Below, piece after piece: positions 8,942 through 18,331 of a stretch of 64,000 nt of DNA. Position numbers and translations under genes: made by a program. How positions within the stretch are numbered: the stretch's first letter is position 1; each line of letters opens with the position of its first letter. The stretch comes from Dehalococcoidia bacterium (GTDB lineage Bacteria; Chloroflexota; Dehalococcoidia; UBA2979), in contig OZ219872.1 of the NCBI GenBank assembly GCA_964291495.2, positions 32,001 to 96,000 on the forward strand, given 5' to 3'. Under the pieces are notes generated by a model. The model was not told where the DNA came from. It saw only the letters and a program-made list of their open reading frames with translations, and made no database searches.

Positions 8942-9352
8942 CTACAGCTCCGACTCGTTCCAGAGCCGCAGACCGAGCGTGACGAAGAGCAGCGGCAGGA
9001 CCACGTCGATGAACACCCAGACTTGCGAGTCCGGCGTCTGATCGCCGGCGGCCCAGTCGATCTGCACGGCGTTCCAGACGAAGAGCAGCGCCAGCGCCGC
9101 CGCGACGTAGAACTGCAGGTTCGCAACGAGGTACTCGCGCAGATCGGAGCCGGCGTCGGCGGCTCGCTTCGCCTCGAACGTCACGAACAGCGCGATCGCG
9201 AGGCCGAGCGCCATCAGCCAGTCGAGCACGATCCAGGCGACCGGGACGCCGTCCTCCCACTCGGTGCCATAGATCAGGGGGTCAATCACGAAGTGGACGG
9301 CCACTGCGGCCCCCACGAGCGCGAGGTAGGCCCCCGCCAGGCGCTTCGTCAT
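8942..9352 (-). CDS. Unknown 4-TM membrane protein, paralog 2
   Basis: 136 aa; same motifs; AGGGAGGA SD. Confidence 0.85.
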   Translation of the reverse strand: MTKRLAGAYLALVGAAVAVHFVIDPLIYGTEWEDGVPVAWIVLDWLMALGLAIALFVTFEAKRAADAGSDLREYLVANLQFYVAAALALLFVWNAVQIDWAAGDQTPDSQVWVFIDVVLPLLFVTLGLRLWNESEL

Positions 9353-9416
9353 CTGAAATCCTCCCTGTGTTCCGTTGGACCTCGTGGCTCCGATTGGCCG
9401 TGCGGTCCGGCGTTCG

Positions 9417-9821
9417 CTACGACTCGTTCCAGAGCCGCAGGCCGAGCGTGACGAAGAGCAGCGGCACCATGACGTCGATCACGACCCACACCTGGCCGTC
9501 CGGCGTCTGGTCGCCCGCGGCCCAGTCGATCTGCACCGCGTTCCAGACGAGGAGCAGCGCCAGCGCCGCCGCGAGGTAGAAACCCGAATTCGCGATCAGG
9601 TACTCGCGCAGGTCCGTCCCGGCGCCGGCAGCGCGCTTCGCCTCGAACGTCACCCACAGGGCGATCGCCAGGCCGAGGGCCATCAGCCAGTCGAGGATGA
9701 TCCAGACGACGGGCGTGCTGTCGCCCTCGGCCCACTCGTAGATCAGCGGGTCGAGCACGAAGTGGATCGCCACCGCGGCCCCGACGATTGCGAGGTACAG
9801 CCCCGCCAGGCGCTTCACCAT
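9417..9821 (-). CDS. Unknown 4-TM membrane protein, paralog 1
   Basis: Start moved to ATG 9821 (MVKRLAG, aligns with MTKRLAG of paralog 2; GAGGGG SD); 134 aa. Confidence 0.85.
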   Translation of the reverse strand: MVKRLAGLYLAIVGAAVAIHFVLDPLIYEWAEGDSTPVVWIILDWLMALGLAIALWVTFEAKRAAGAGTDLREYLIANSGFYLAAALALLLVWNAVQIDWAAGDQTPDGQVWVVIDVMVPLLFVTLGLRLWNES

Positions 9822-9913
9822 CTCGATCCCCTCAGCTCGCGGCGACCGCCACTGATACGCGGTCGCCAGTCTACAGGCGTTTCCTGCCGATGCATTGACA
9901 AGCCATGGGCGGA

Positions 9914-9942
9914 TCGCCAACACAGCGGCGCTGTGCTAGCGT
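9914..9942 (+). promoter_or_regulatory. Putative sigma70 promoter of the B12 operon
   Basis: TCGCCA-17-TAGCGT with an extended -10 TG, ending about 6 nt before the riboswitch. Confidence 0.4.
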
Positions 9943-9948
9943 GCGTGC

Positions 9949-10057
9949 AGGCGCAGAGATCGGGGAAGCCGGTGCAATTCCGGCGCTGTCCCGCAACTGT
10001 GAGCCGCGCAGCAGCCCTCGAGGCCGGGCGCGGTGAGCCAGAGCACCGACCCGCGCC
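9949..10057 (+). ncRNA. Cobalamin riboswitch
   Basis: GGGAAGCCGGTGCAATTCCGGCGCTGTCCCGCAACTGT core and AGCCAGAGCACC B12-box; closing GGCGC/GCGCC stem; upstream of btu/cob genes. Confidence 0.95.
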
Positions 10058-10218
10058 ATGTCGAGACCCTGCGAGGACAGGCGACGGCATGCTGCACGAA
10101 GCGCCCGCCGACGGGCGACCCCGGTTGTAGCATCGTCACATTGCCTGCCCCCTCGCACCGGAGGGGGCTCATCGCCGTTGCGGCGTGCGCTCTCTCAAGT
10201 GCCGGGAGGCGTGCGCTC

Positions 10219-11346
10219 ATGCTGGATCGATTGGTTCGCAATACCCCCTGCCACCCGTCGCGGCGCCGGCTGCTGCCTGCGCTGCTCGCGACGCTTGCGT
10301 TGCTCGCGCTGGCCCTCGCGGCCTGCGACGGCGACGACGAGCCGGAGGCGGTCGAGACGCCGGCGGCCACCCCCGCCCCCGCGACGCCCGTCGCGACCGC
10401 CACGCCGACTCCGGCGCGGGCAACACCCACGGCAACACCCACACCGACTCCTACCTCGACACCCACACCGATTCCAACGGCGACGGCGACGCCCTCCCCA
10501 ACGCCCACCGCGACGCCGACCGCCGCGGCTTACCCTCGGACCGTCGAGGACTCCGCCGGGACGGCGGTCACGCTGGAGGCCGCGCCCGAGCGGATCATCT
10601 CCTACTCGCCCGGCGCGACGGAGATTCTCTACGCGATCGGGGCCGGCGACCGTGTGGTCGCAACCGACGACTTCTCCGACTTCCCGGCGGCTGCGGCGGA
10701 GCTTCCCAAGGTCGCCTACTCCAGCCCCGATCCCGAGCGCGCACTCTCGCTGGAGCCGGACCTGCTGCTCATGGCCACCCGCCAGCGCGAGCAGATCGAG
10801 CAGTTCCGCAGCCTCGGCATGACCGTGCTGTTCCTCGACTCGGCGCAAGACATCGAGGGCGTGTTCGGGACGATCGAGCTGCTCGGCGAGGTCACCGGCA
10901 ACGCAGCGGAAGCCGCCGACCTCGCCACCTCGATGCGCGCGCGGATCGAGGCCGTAAGCGCGGCCCTCGATGACGTCGAGGAGGGGCCGCTCGTCTTCTT
11001 CGAGCTGACGGCGGACCTCTACACGGCTGGCGACGGCACCTTCGTCGGCGAGCTGCTGACGCTCGCGAAGGCGCGCAACATCGCCGCGGGCGCGGCCTCG
11101 CCGTACCCGCAGCTCACCGCCGAGGCGATCATCGACGCCGCACCGGACGTCGTGCTTCTCGCCGACGCCGAGTGGGGCGAGAGCATCGAGACGGTCTGCG
11201 CGCGGCCCGGCTGGGACGCGATCCCGGCCTGCGTTGACGAGCGCGTGCATGGCGTGGACGGCGACCTCACCAGCCGCCCCGGTCCACGCATCGTCGACGG
11301 CCTCGAGCAGGTCGCGCGGCTGCTCTACCCGGATCGCTTCGAGTGA
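10219..11346 (+). CDS. btuF: Cobalamin ABC transporter substrate-binding lipoprotein with a Pro/Thr linker
   Basis: GGGAGG SD before ATG 10219; lipobox LAAC; (TP)n linker; PERIISYSPGATEILYAIGAG, SRPGPRIVDGLE. Confidence 0.85.
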   Translation: MLDRLVRNTPCHPSRRRLLPALLATLALLALALAACDGDDEPEAVETPAATPAPATPVATATPTPARATPTATPTPTPTSTPTPIPTATATPSPTPTATPTAAAYPRTVEDSAGTAVTLEAAPERIISYSPGATEILYAIGAGDRVVATDDFSDFPAAAAELPKVAYSSPDPERALSLEPDLLLMATRQREQIEQFRSLGMTVLFLDSAQDIEGVFGTIELLGEVTGNAAEAADLATSMRARIEAVSAALDDVEEGPLVFFELTADLYTAGDGTFVGELLTLAKARNIAAGAASPYPQLTAEAIIDAAPDVVLLADAEWGESIETVCARPGWDAIPACVDERVHGVDGDLTSRPGPRIVDGLEQVARLLYPDRFE

Positions 11347-12455
11347 GGCGCGAACCCGCCGGCGCGCGCGCCGTCGAGGGCGCCCTAGACCCGATCGCGG
11401 GGGCGACTCCCGTGGCGCGGGTGACCGAGGTCCTTCGCGGCCTCGGTCCGGCCTCGGCGGCGCTGGCGCTGCTCGTGGCGGTCGCGTTGCTGGCGCTGAC
11501 GCAGGGCGCCGCGGCGATCCCGCCGCAGACCGTGCTGCGCGTGCTGCTCGACGCCCTGCCGCTCGTCGAGGTGGACGCGAACGCGCCGGCGACCTGGGAG
11601 CGGATCGTGGTGGATATCCGGCTGCCGAGGGTGATCGCCGCGGGCGTCGTCGGTTCGGCGCTGGCCTACTCGGGCGCCTCGTACCAGGGGGTGTTCCGCA
11701 ACCCGCTCGCCGGGCCGTTCCTGCTGGGCGTCGCCTCGGGCGCGGCGCTGGGCGCGGCGATCGCGATCATCTCGCCGCTGCGTGTCGACGCCTACGGCTT
11801 CGGCTGGGTGCCGGTCTTCGCCTTCGCCGGCGCGCTGCTCACGGTCGTGCTCGTCTACCTGCTCGCGACGGGCAGCGGGAGACTGGACAACGTCACGCTG
11901 ATCCTCGCGGGCGTGGCGCTCTCCGCCGTCTTCGGCGCGGCGACGGCGTTCATCCTGCTGACCGGCGGCGAGGAGGCGCGGCCGATCTTCTCGTTCCTCT
12001 TCGGAGGCTTCAACACGGCGAGCTGGCAGCGCATCGCCTGGGCGGCGCCCTACCTGGCCGTCGGGGCGGTCTTCGTGGCCGTCTACGCGCGCACCCTGAA
12101 CGTGCTCCAGCTCGACGAGGAGCAGGCCGCGCAGCTGGGCGTGGACGTGACGCGCACGAAGCTGATCGTGCTCGCGGCCGCCTCGCTGATGGCCGCGACG
12201 GCCGTCGCGATCGCCGGCGTGATCGGCTTCGTCGGGCTGCTCGTGCCGCACGCCGTGCGGCTCGTCTTCGGGGGCGACCATCGGCGGCTGCTGCCGCTGT
12301 GCGCGCTGTTCGGCGCCTCGTTCCTGATCGCCGTCGACACCTTCGCCCGCACCGTGCTCGCGCCGCAGGAGCTGCCGGTCGGCGTGATGACCGCGCTGAT
12401 CGGCGGCCCCTTCTTCCTCTGGCTGCTGCGCACCCGCCGCGTCGAGGTGAGCTGA
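11343..12455 (+). CDS. btuC: Cobalamin ABC transporter permease (FecCD family)
   Basis: DIRLPRV, QGVFRNPLAGPFLLGVASGAALGA, GVIGFVGLLVPH, ELPVGVMTALIGGPFF; start uncertain. Confidence 0.9.
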   Translation: MRREPAGARAVEGALDPIAGATPVARVTEVLRGLGPASAALALLVAVALLALTQGAAAIPPQTVLRVLLDALPLVEVDANAPATWERIVVDIRLPRVIAAGVVGSALAYSGASYQGVFRNPLAGPFLLGVASGAALGAAIAIISPLRVDAYGFGWVPVFAFAGALLTVVLVYLLATGSGRLDNVTLILAGVALSAVFGAATAFILLTGGEEARPIFSFLFGGFNTASWQRIAWAAPYLAVGAVFVAVYARTLNVLQLDEEQAAQLGVDVTRTKLIVLAAASLMAATAVAIAGVIGFVGLLVPHAVRLVFGGDHRRLLPLCALFGASFLIAVDTFARTVLAPQELPVGVMTALIGGPFFLWLLRTRRVEVS

Positions 12456-13288
12456 TGGCCGCCACCGCTCCCGCCGCAGCGTCCGCCCGCGCCGCCCCGG
12501 CAGCCTCCCCGCTCCTCGAGGCCCGCGGCGTCGAGGTCGAGCTCGGAGGCACGACCATCCTCGATGGCGTCGCCCTCGAGGTGCGGGCGGGGGAGATCGT
12601 CGGGCTCGTCGGGCCGAACGGTGCCGGCAAGAGCACGCTGCTGCGCGCCGTCACCGGCCTCGTCCCGCTGCGCGCCGGCCACATCCGCGTCGGTGGTGAC
12701 GCCCTCGACGGGCTCTCGCGCGGCGAGCTGGCGAGGCGCGTCGCCGTCGTGCAGCAGCTGCCCGAGGCCCCCGCGACGCTACGTGTCCGGCAACTCGCGC
12801 TGCTCGGGCGCCACCCGCACCTGCGGCTGCTCGCGCGCGAGTCCGCGCGCGACCTCGCGATCGCCGAGGGCGCGCTGCGGCAGGCGGGCTGCCTCGAGCT
12901 CGCCGGGCGCGAGCTGGGCACGCTCTCCGGCGGTGAGCGCCGCCGCGCCTTCATCGCCCGAGCGCTCGCGCAGCAGGCCCCGCTGCTGCTGCTCGACGAG
13001 CCGACCGCGAACCTCGATGCCGGGGCGCAGCACGAGGTGCTGGAGCTGGTCGCGGACCTCGCGAGGAACGGGACGGGCGTGCTGCTGGTGGTCCACGACC
13101 TGACGCTGGCGATCGCCTACTGCGACCGCCTCGTGCTGCTCGACCGGGGGCGTGTCGCCGCCGCCGGCGCGCCCGCGGACGTGATCACGCCGGAGCTCGT
13201 CGGCCGCCTCTACGGGGCTGCGGTGACCGTGGTGCCGCACCCGCTGACGGGCGCGCCGCTCGTGCTGCCCTCGCGACTGGGAGGCTGA
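12455..13288 (+). CDS. btuD: Cobalamin ABC transporter ATPase
   Basis: ATG overlaps the btuC stop; GPNGAGKST, LSGGERRR, LLLDEPTANLD, VVHDL. Confidence 0.9.
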   Translation: MAATAPAAASARAAPAASPLLEARGVEVELGGTTILDGVALEVRAGEIVGLVGPNGAGKSTLLRAVTGLVPLRAGHIRVGGDALDGLSRGELARRVAVVQQLPEAPATLRVRQLALLGRHPHLRLLARESARDLAIAEGALRQAGCLELAGRELGTLSGGERRRAFIARALAQQAPLLLLDEPTANLDAGAQHEVLELVADLARNGTGVLLVVHDLTLAIAYCDRLVLLDRGRVAAAGAPADVITPELVGRLYGAAVTVVPHPLTGAPLVLPSRLGG

Positions 13289-13289
13289 G

Positions 13290-13856
13290 ATGGCGGACGT
13301 CGAGCAGCCGCGAGGCCGCCACGAGGGGCTGGCGCCGAAGCGCAAGCCGCTCGTGCTGCTCTACACGGGCCACGGCAAGGGCAAGACCAGCTCCGCCCTC
13401 GGCGTGACGCTGCGCGCCTGGGGCCGCGGCTGGAAGATCTGCTGGCTACAGTTCATCAAGTCGAAGACCGCCAACTACGGCGAGACGCGCGCGGCGAGGC
13501 GCATGGGCATCGAGATGATCCCGCTCGGAGACGGCTTCACCTGGCTCTCGAAGGACATCGAGAAGGACATCGCGCTCGCCCGCGAGTGCTGGGCGCTCGC
13601 GCGCGAGAAGCTCGAGTCCGCCGAGTACGACCTCGTGGTCCTCGACGAGATCACGTACCCGATCAGCTACGGCTGGCTGGACGTGCAGGACGTGATCGCG
13701 ACGCTGCGCGAGCGACCCGCCGACGTGCACGTGATCCTCACCGGCCGCGACGCCGCGCCGGAGCTGGTCGAGTTCGCCGACCTCGTCACGGAGATGACCG
13801 AGGTCAAGCACCCCTTCCAGCAAGGCATCAAGGCCCAGCCCGGCCTCGACTTCTGA
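13290..13856 (+). CDS. cobO: Cob(I)yrinic acid a,c-diamide adenosyltransferase (CobO/BtuR)
   Basis: YTGHGKGKTSSALG, QFIK, LVVLDEI, VILTGRDA, TEMTEVKHPFQQGIKAQPGLDF. Confidence 0.95.
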   Translation: MADVEQPRGRHEGLAPKRKPLVLLYTGHGKGKTSSALGVTLRAWGRGWKICWLQFIKSKTANYGETRAARRMGIEMIPLGDGFTWLSKDIEKDIALARECWALAREKLESAEYDLVVLDEITYPISYGWLDVQDVIATLRERPADVHVILTGRDAAPELVEFADLVTEMTEVKHPFQQGIKAQPGLDF

Positions 13857-13870
13857 CGCGGAGCGCGGCA

Positions 13871-14800
13871 ATGAACCGTGCGCTCACCCTCGCAGCGGCC
13901 ATCGCGATCGACCGCGTGACAGGCGACCCGCCGACGCGCCTGCATCCCGTCGGGGCGCTGGGCGTGGTCGCGCGCGGGCTCGAGGCGATCGCACCGCGCG
14001 GAGCGGACGCGCGACGCGCCTACGGGCTCGGCGCGGCGCTGGCGCTGCCGTCGACGGCAGCGCTCGGCGCGTCCCTCCTGCCGCGCCTGCTCGGCACAAG
14101 TCGTGGTCCCGCGCGCGCTGCCGCGGGCGCGGGCCTGCTCTCGCTCGGCTTCGCGCTGCGCACGCTCCTCGATCGCGCGCGCGAGGTGGAGGACGCGCTC
14201 CGCCTCGGCGAGGTCGAGAATGCGCGCGCGCTGCTCGCGAGGCACCTCGTGAGCCGCGACGTGAGCAGCCTCGGCCCGGGCGAGATCGCCGCCGCGACGA
14301 TCGAGTCGCTGGCCGAGAACCTCAGCGACAGCGTCGTCGCCTCATGGCTCTGGTACGCCCTCGGCGGGCTACCCGCCGCCTGGGCTTACCGGGCTGCGAA
14401 CACGCTCGACGCGCTGTGGGGTTACCGCGACGAGCGCTATCGCGACCTCGGCGAGGCGGCAGCGCGCACGGATGACCTGCTCAATCTCATTCCCGCACGC
14501 CTGACCGCGCTCGCCGTGTGCGCCGCAGCCGCGCGTCACGGAGCGGGCGCGCGCGCCCTTGGCCAGTGGCGCCTCGACGCGGGCCGTACGGAGAGCCCGA
14601 ACGCCGGCCACCCGATGGCCGCGATGGCCGGCGCGCTCGGCGTGCGGATCGGCAAGCGCGGCAGCTACGTCCTCGGCGAGGGACTGCGCGAGCCGTCGTG
14701 CGAGGATGTGCTCCGCGCGCGGCGGCTCGCCTCGGACGCCGCGCTGCTGGCGGCGGGCGCGCTGATCGCCGCGCTCGCCTCGGTGGGAGCAGGCCGGTGA
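13871..14800 (+). CDS. cbiB: Adenosylcobinamide-phosphate synthase (CbiB/CobD)
   Basis: GDPPTRLHPV, LVSRD, IESLAENLSDSVVA, YRAANTLDALWGYR, SPNAGHPMAAMAGALGV. Confidence 0.95.
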   Translation: MNRALTLAAAIAIDRVTGDPPTRLHPVGALGVVARGLEAIAPRGADARRAYGLGAALALPSTAALGASLLPRLLGTSRGPARAAAGAGLLSLGFALRTLLDRAREVEDALRLGEVENARALLARHLVSRDVSSLGPGEIAAATIESLAENLSDSVVASWLWYALGGLPAAWAYRAANTLDALWGYRDERYRDLGEAAARTDDLLNLIPARLTALAVCAAAARHGAGARALGQWRLDAGRTESPNAGHPMAAMAGALGVRIGKRGSYVLGEGLREPSCEDVLRARRLASDAALLAAGALIAALASVGAGR

Positions 14801-15834
14801 GCCAAGTCGTCCACGGCGGACTGAGCGACGCCGACCTCGCGGCGGCCGGGGCGGACGCCGGGGGAGTGATCGACCTCTCGGCGAACCTCCACCCGCACGG
14901 GCTGCACCCGCTCGTCGTCGAGGCGGTGCGCGGCGCGGCGCTCGACCGCTACCCCGAGCCCGACGCGGCCTCGCTCCGCGACGCCACCGCGGACTCGATC
15001 GGCCTCGATCCGGAGCAGGTGCTGGTCACGGCGGGCGCGACGGGCGCGATCCATCTCGCAGCGCGAGCCCTGCTGCGCCCGGGCGACGCCTGCACGATCT
15101 TCACGCCCGCCTTCAGCGAGTACGAGGCGGCAGCGCGGGCCGCCGGGGCGCGCGTCGTGGGCCACGCCGCCACCCCGCCCGAGTTCGTCCCGCCCTCGGA
15201 TCCGCCGCCCGCCCCGCTCACGATGCTCGGCAATCCCGGCAACCCGCACGGCGCCTACCTCGAGGCCGGCGCGGTGCGGCGCCTGGCGGCGGAGACCGGA
15301 GGCGTCCTCCTGCTCGACGCGGTCTACGAGCCGTTCGTCGAGGACGGCTGGGACGCCAACGAGTTCGTGCGCCAGGGCTTCCCCGTGCTCGTCGTGCACT
15401 CCTTCACCAAGCTGCACTCGATCCCCGGCCTCCGCGTCGGTTATGTCACCGGAGCGGCCGAACTGATCGCCCGCCTCGCCGCGCTCCAGCAGCCGTGGAT
15501 TGTCGGCGCTCCCGCCCTCGCCGCGGCCCGCGCCGCCCTGCCGCTCGACGCCTCGAGGCGCGCGAGCGCCCGTGAGGTCGGCGAGACTCGCGAGGCGCTG
15601 CGCGGCTTCTTCGCAGAGCACGGCATCGAGACCACGCCCTCTCGGGCGAACTTCGTGCTGGCGTGCGTGGGCGATGGCGCCGCGCTGCGCGCCCGGCTGC
15701 TGCGGCGCGGCTTCGCCGTCCGCGAGTGCGCCTCGTTCGGCCTGCCCGAGTGGGTGCGCATCGCGACGCCTTCCTCGCGCGACCTGCCACGCCTCCTCGC
15801 AGCCCTCGAGGGCACGCTGGAGGAGCGGACGTGA
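14797..15834 (+). CDS. cobD: L-threonine-O-3-phosphate decarboxylase (PLP class I/II)
   Basis: VHGG...IDLSANLHP, RYPEP, NPGNPHG, HSFTKLHSIPGLRVGY; lies between cbiB and cobQ. Confidence 0.85.
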   Translation: MSQVVHGGLSDADLAAAGADAGGVIDLSANLHPHGLHPLVVEAVRGAALDRYPEPDAASLRDATADSIGLDPEQVLVTAGATGAIHLAARALLRPGDACTIFTPAFSEYEAAARAAGARVVGHAATPPEFVPPSDPPPAPLTMLGNPGNPHGAYLEAGAVRRLAAETGGVLLLDAVYEPFVEDGWDANEFVRQGFPVLVVHSFTKLHSIPGLRVGYVTGAAELIARLAALQQPWIVGAPALAAARAALPLDASRRASAREVGETREALRGFFAEHGIETTPSRANFVLACVGDGAALRARLLRRGFAVRECASFGLPEWVRIATPSSRDLPRLLAALEGTLEERT

Positions 15835-17351
15835 CACCCGAGGCGCGGCTCGCGCCGGTGTTGCTGGTGGCGGGGACGGCGTCCTCTGTCGGCAAGTCGG
15901 TGCTTGTGACGGCGCTCTGCCGGATCTTCCGGCAGGACGGTGTGCGGGTCGCGCCGTTCAAGGCACAGAACATGTCGAACAACGCCGCCGTGACTGCCGA
16001 CGGCCTCGAGATCGGGCGCGCGCAGGCGGAGCAGGCGCGCGCTGCCGGCCTCGAACCCACTGTCGAGATGAACCCCGTGCTGCTCAAGCCGCAGGGCGAC
16101 CGCACCTCGCAGCTCGTGCTGCGAGGGCGTCCCGCTGGCCGGTTGCACAGCGCCGACTTCCCCTCGCGCAAGCGCGATCTCTGGCCGGATGCCGCGCGCG
16201 CCCTCGACGAGCTGCGCGCGCGCTTCGAGCTGGTGATCGCCGAAGGCGCCGGCAGCCCCGCCGAGCCGAACCTGCGCGCGGGCGACCTCGCGAACATGCG
16301 CGTCGCGCGCCACGCACGGGGCCCGGTGCTGATCGTCGGCGACATCGACCGAGGCGGCGTCTTCGCGCACCTGCTCGGCACGCTCGAGCTGCTGCCGCCG
16401 GAGGACCGCGCGCTCGTGCGCGGGTTCGTCATCAACCGCTTCCGTGGCGACCCCTCGCTGCTCGACCCGGCAATCGAGGAGCTCGATGAGCGCACCGGCG
16501 TGCCCGTGCTCGGCGTAATCCCCTGGATCGACGACATCGGCGTGGCCGAGGAAGACGCGGTCGCCCTCGAGCGCGCCGGCGGACCGCCCCCCGGCGTCGG
16601 GAGCGCCGAGGTCGATATCGCCGTCGTGCAGCTGCCGCGGATCGCAAACTTCGACGACTTCGATCCGCTCGCGCGCGAGCCCGGCGTGCACCTGCGCTAC
16701 GTGCGAAGCGCCGAGGAGTTCGGGCGTCCCGACCTCGCGGTGCTGCCCGGCACGAAGGCGACCGCGGCGGACCTCGGCTGGCTGCGCGAGCGCGGCCTCG
16801 ACCGCGCGATCGAGGCGCACGCCGCGAGCGGCGGCGTGGTCCTCGGGATCTGCGGGGGTCTACAGATGCTCGGTGAGCGGCTGATCGACGAGGACGGCGT
16901 CGAGGCCGCCCCCGGCACGGCGCTGCCGGGACTGGGCCTGCTGCAGATCGAGACGCGCTTCTCCGCAGGCAAGACGACGCGGCGCGCCTCGGGCGAGGTG
17001 GCCGCCTCGGCGGGACCGTGGGCGCGGGCCTCGGGCGTCGCGGTCGAGGGCTACGAGATCCACATGGGAGAGAGCGCCGCGACCCGCGAGGGCGCCGTGC
17101 GGCCCCTGCTGCGCCTCGGCGGTCGCCCGGACGGCGCGATCGCCGCCGACGGACGCGTCGCCGGCACCTACCTCCACGGCCTGCTGCACAACAACGAGCT
17201 GCGCGCCGCCCTGCTTCGCGCCCTCGGGCGGCGCGGCGCCGCAGCGGACGCGCCCGAGGAGGAGCGGCGCGAGCAGGCCTTCGATCGCCTCGCCGCGGCC
17301 GTACGCGAGCACCTCGACATGCGGCGGGTGCGAGCGCTGGTTGGCCTCTGA
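15831..17351 (+). CDS. cobQ: Cobyric acid synthase
   Basis: GTASSVGKS, APFKAQNMSNN, MNPVLLKP, EGAGSPAE, DIDRGG, GICGGLQMLG, GYEIHMG, GTYLHG. Confidence 0.97.
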   Translation: MTPEARLAPVLLVAGTASSVGKSVLVTALCRIFRQDGVRVAPFKAQNMSNNAAVTADGLEIGRAQAEQARAAGLEPTVEMNPVLLKPQGDRTSQLVLRGRPAGRLHSADFPSRKRDLWPDAARALDELRARFELVIAEGAGSPAEPNLRAGDLANMRVARHARGPVLIVGDIDRGGVFAHLLGTLELLPPEDRALVRGFVINRFRGDPSLLDPAIEELDERTGVPVLGVIPWIDDIGVAEEDAVALERAGGPPPGVGSAEVDIAVVQLPRIANFDDFDPLAREPGVHLRYVRSAEEFGRPDLAVLPGTKATAADLGWLRERGLDRAIEAHAASGGVVLGICGGLQMLGERLIDEDGVEAAPGTALPGLGLLQIETRFSAGKTTRRASGEVAASAGPWARASGVAVEGYEIHMGESAATREGAVRPLLRLGGRPDGAIAADGRVAGTYLHGLLHNNELRAALLRALGRRGAAADAPEEERREQAFDRLAAAVREHLDMRRVRALVGL

Positions 17352-17423
17352 CGCCCGGCTGTCCGAGGATGGGCGGACCCGGGGCGCGAGCCCTCGCGCA
17401 GCGGGCAGCGGGAGGACCGGACG

Positions 17424-18131
17424 ATCAGCAGCGGCACGATCACGCCCGGAGGGGGCGCCGGACGGCGCTTCTACCTCGATCTGCACTCGCACTCGACCGA
17501 CGCCTCGGACGACGCCGGCGGCACCGTCGAGGGCTATCTCAAGTGGATCGTCGCGCGCCGCAAGCGCGGCTACCGCGTCGACGGCTTCGTGCTCACCGAG
17601 CACCGCCAGTTCGACCCCGCCGTCTCCTACGAGGCGCTCGCCGAGCAGTACGAGACGGTCGTGCTGCGCGGCGCCGAGCTGGAGACCGAGGTCGGTCACG
17701 TCCTCGTCTACGGCATCAGCGAGGAGTTCTCGCGGCGCTTCGACCTGTCCTCGGTACACCTCCCCTCCTCGGAGGTCTTCCGCGTCGCACGCGAGACCGG
17801 CGGCTTCGCCGTCGGGGCGCACGCGGGTCGGGCGAGCATCGGTCTCGCCGAGCACGTCGCGGCCGGCTACGGCCTCGAGGGCGTGGTCGAGGCGGTGGAG
17901 ACGCTGAACGGCGGCAGCTCGGACGCGGAGAACGCGCTCGCGCTGCAGCTGGCGCGGGAGCACGGCCTCGGCTGCGTCGGCGGCAGCGACGCGCACTACG
18001 TGAGCGCGATCGGCCGCTGCCTGACCGCCTTCGCCCGCCCCGTCACCACCATCGAGGCGCTCGTGACGGAGCTGGCCGCGGGCGACTACTACCCGGTCAC
18101 GATTGAGGAGACGCGCGAGGGTGGTGGATGA
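17424..18131 (+). CDS. PHP-domain metal-dependent phosphoesterase (probable non-canonical ATC start)
   Basis: The frame upstream of the ORF-track start (17589) encodes FYLDLHSHSTDASDD...GFVLTEH; also GAELET...GHVL, AH, ETLNG, GGSDAH. GGAGGA SD lies 7 nt before the in-frame ATC 17424. Confidence 0.8.
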   Translation: MSSGTITPGGGAGRRFYLDLHSHSTDASDDAGGTVEGYLKWIVARRKRGYRVDGFVLTEHRQFDPAVSYEALAEQYETVVLRGAELETEVGHVLVYGISEEFSRRFDLSSVHLPSSEVFRVARETGGFAVGAHAGRASIGLAEHVAAGYGLEGVVEAVETLNGGSSDAENALALQLAREHGLGCVGGSDAHYVSAIGRCLTAFARPVTTIEALVTELAAGDYYPVTIEETREGGG

Positions 18132-18331
18132 CGGACAAACAGCGGCGGAGTGAGCCGGACGAGGAGACCGATCCGCCCGGTGCCGCAACCGCTGGTGATG
18201 TCGGGGAGCCGCGCATCCCGCTCGGGCAATGGCTCGTAGAGAACATGCCGCGCGGAACCGATCTCGAAGTGCCGGATCGCCGCGAGTCGAATCGCAAGAT
18301 CCCCTTCATTGACGACGAGGAGTGGGCCTGA
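18128..18331 (+). CDS. Small protein resembling the C-terminal half of a type II (Phd/VapB-like) antitoxin
   Basis: 67 aa, lower GC than flanks; PLGQWLVENMPRGTDLEVPDRR...IPF; followed by a PIN-toxin remnant. Confidence 0.5.
   Translation: MTDKQRRSEPDEETDPPGAATAGDVGEPRIPLGQWLVENMPRGTDLEVPDRRESNRKIPFIDDEEWA

Noticed and set aside
9895-9900. Perfect TTGACA as the -35 of the B12 operon
   Set aside because: No credible -10 at 16-18 bp; the extended -10 at 9937 fits the riboswitch start better
10370-10525. AC-rich low-complexity tract as a repeat element
   Set aside because: It encodes the ordinary Pro/Thr linker of the BtuF lipoprotein
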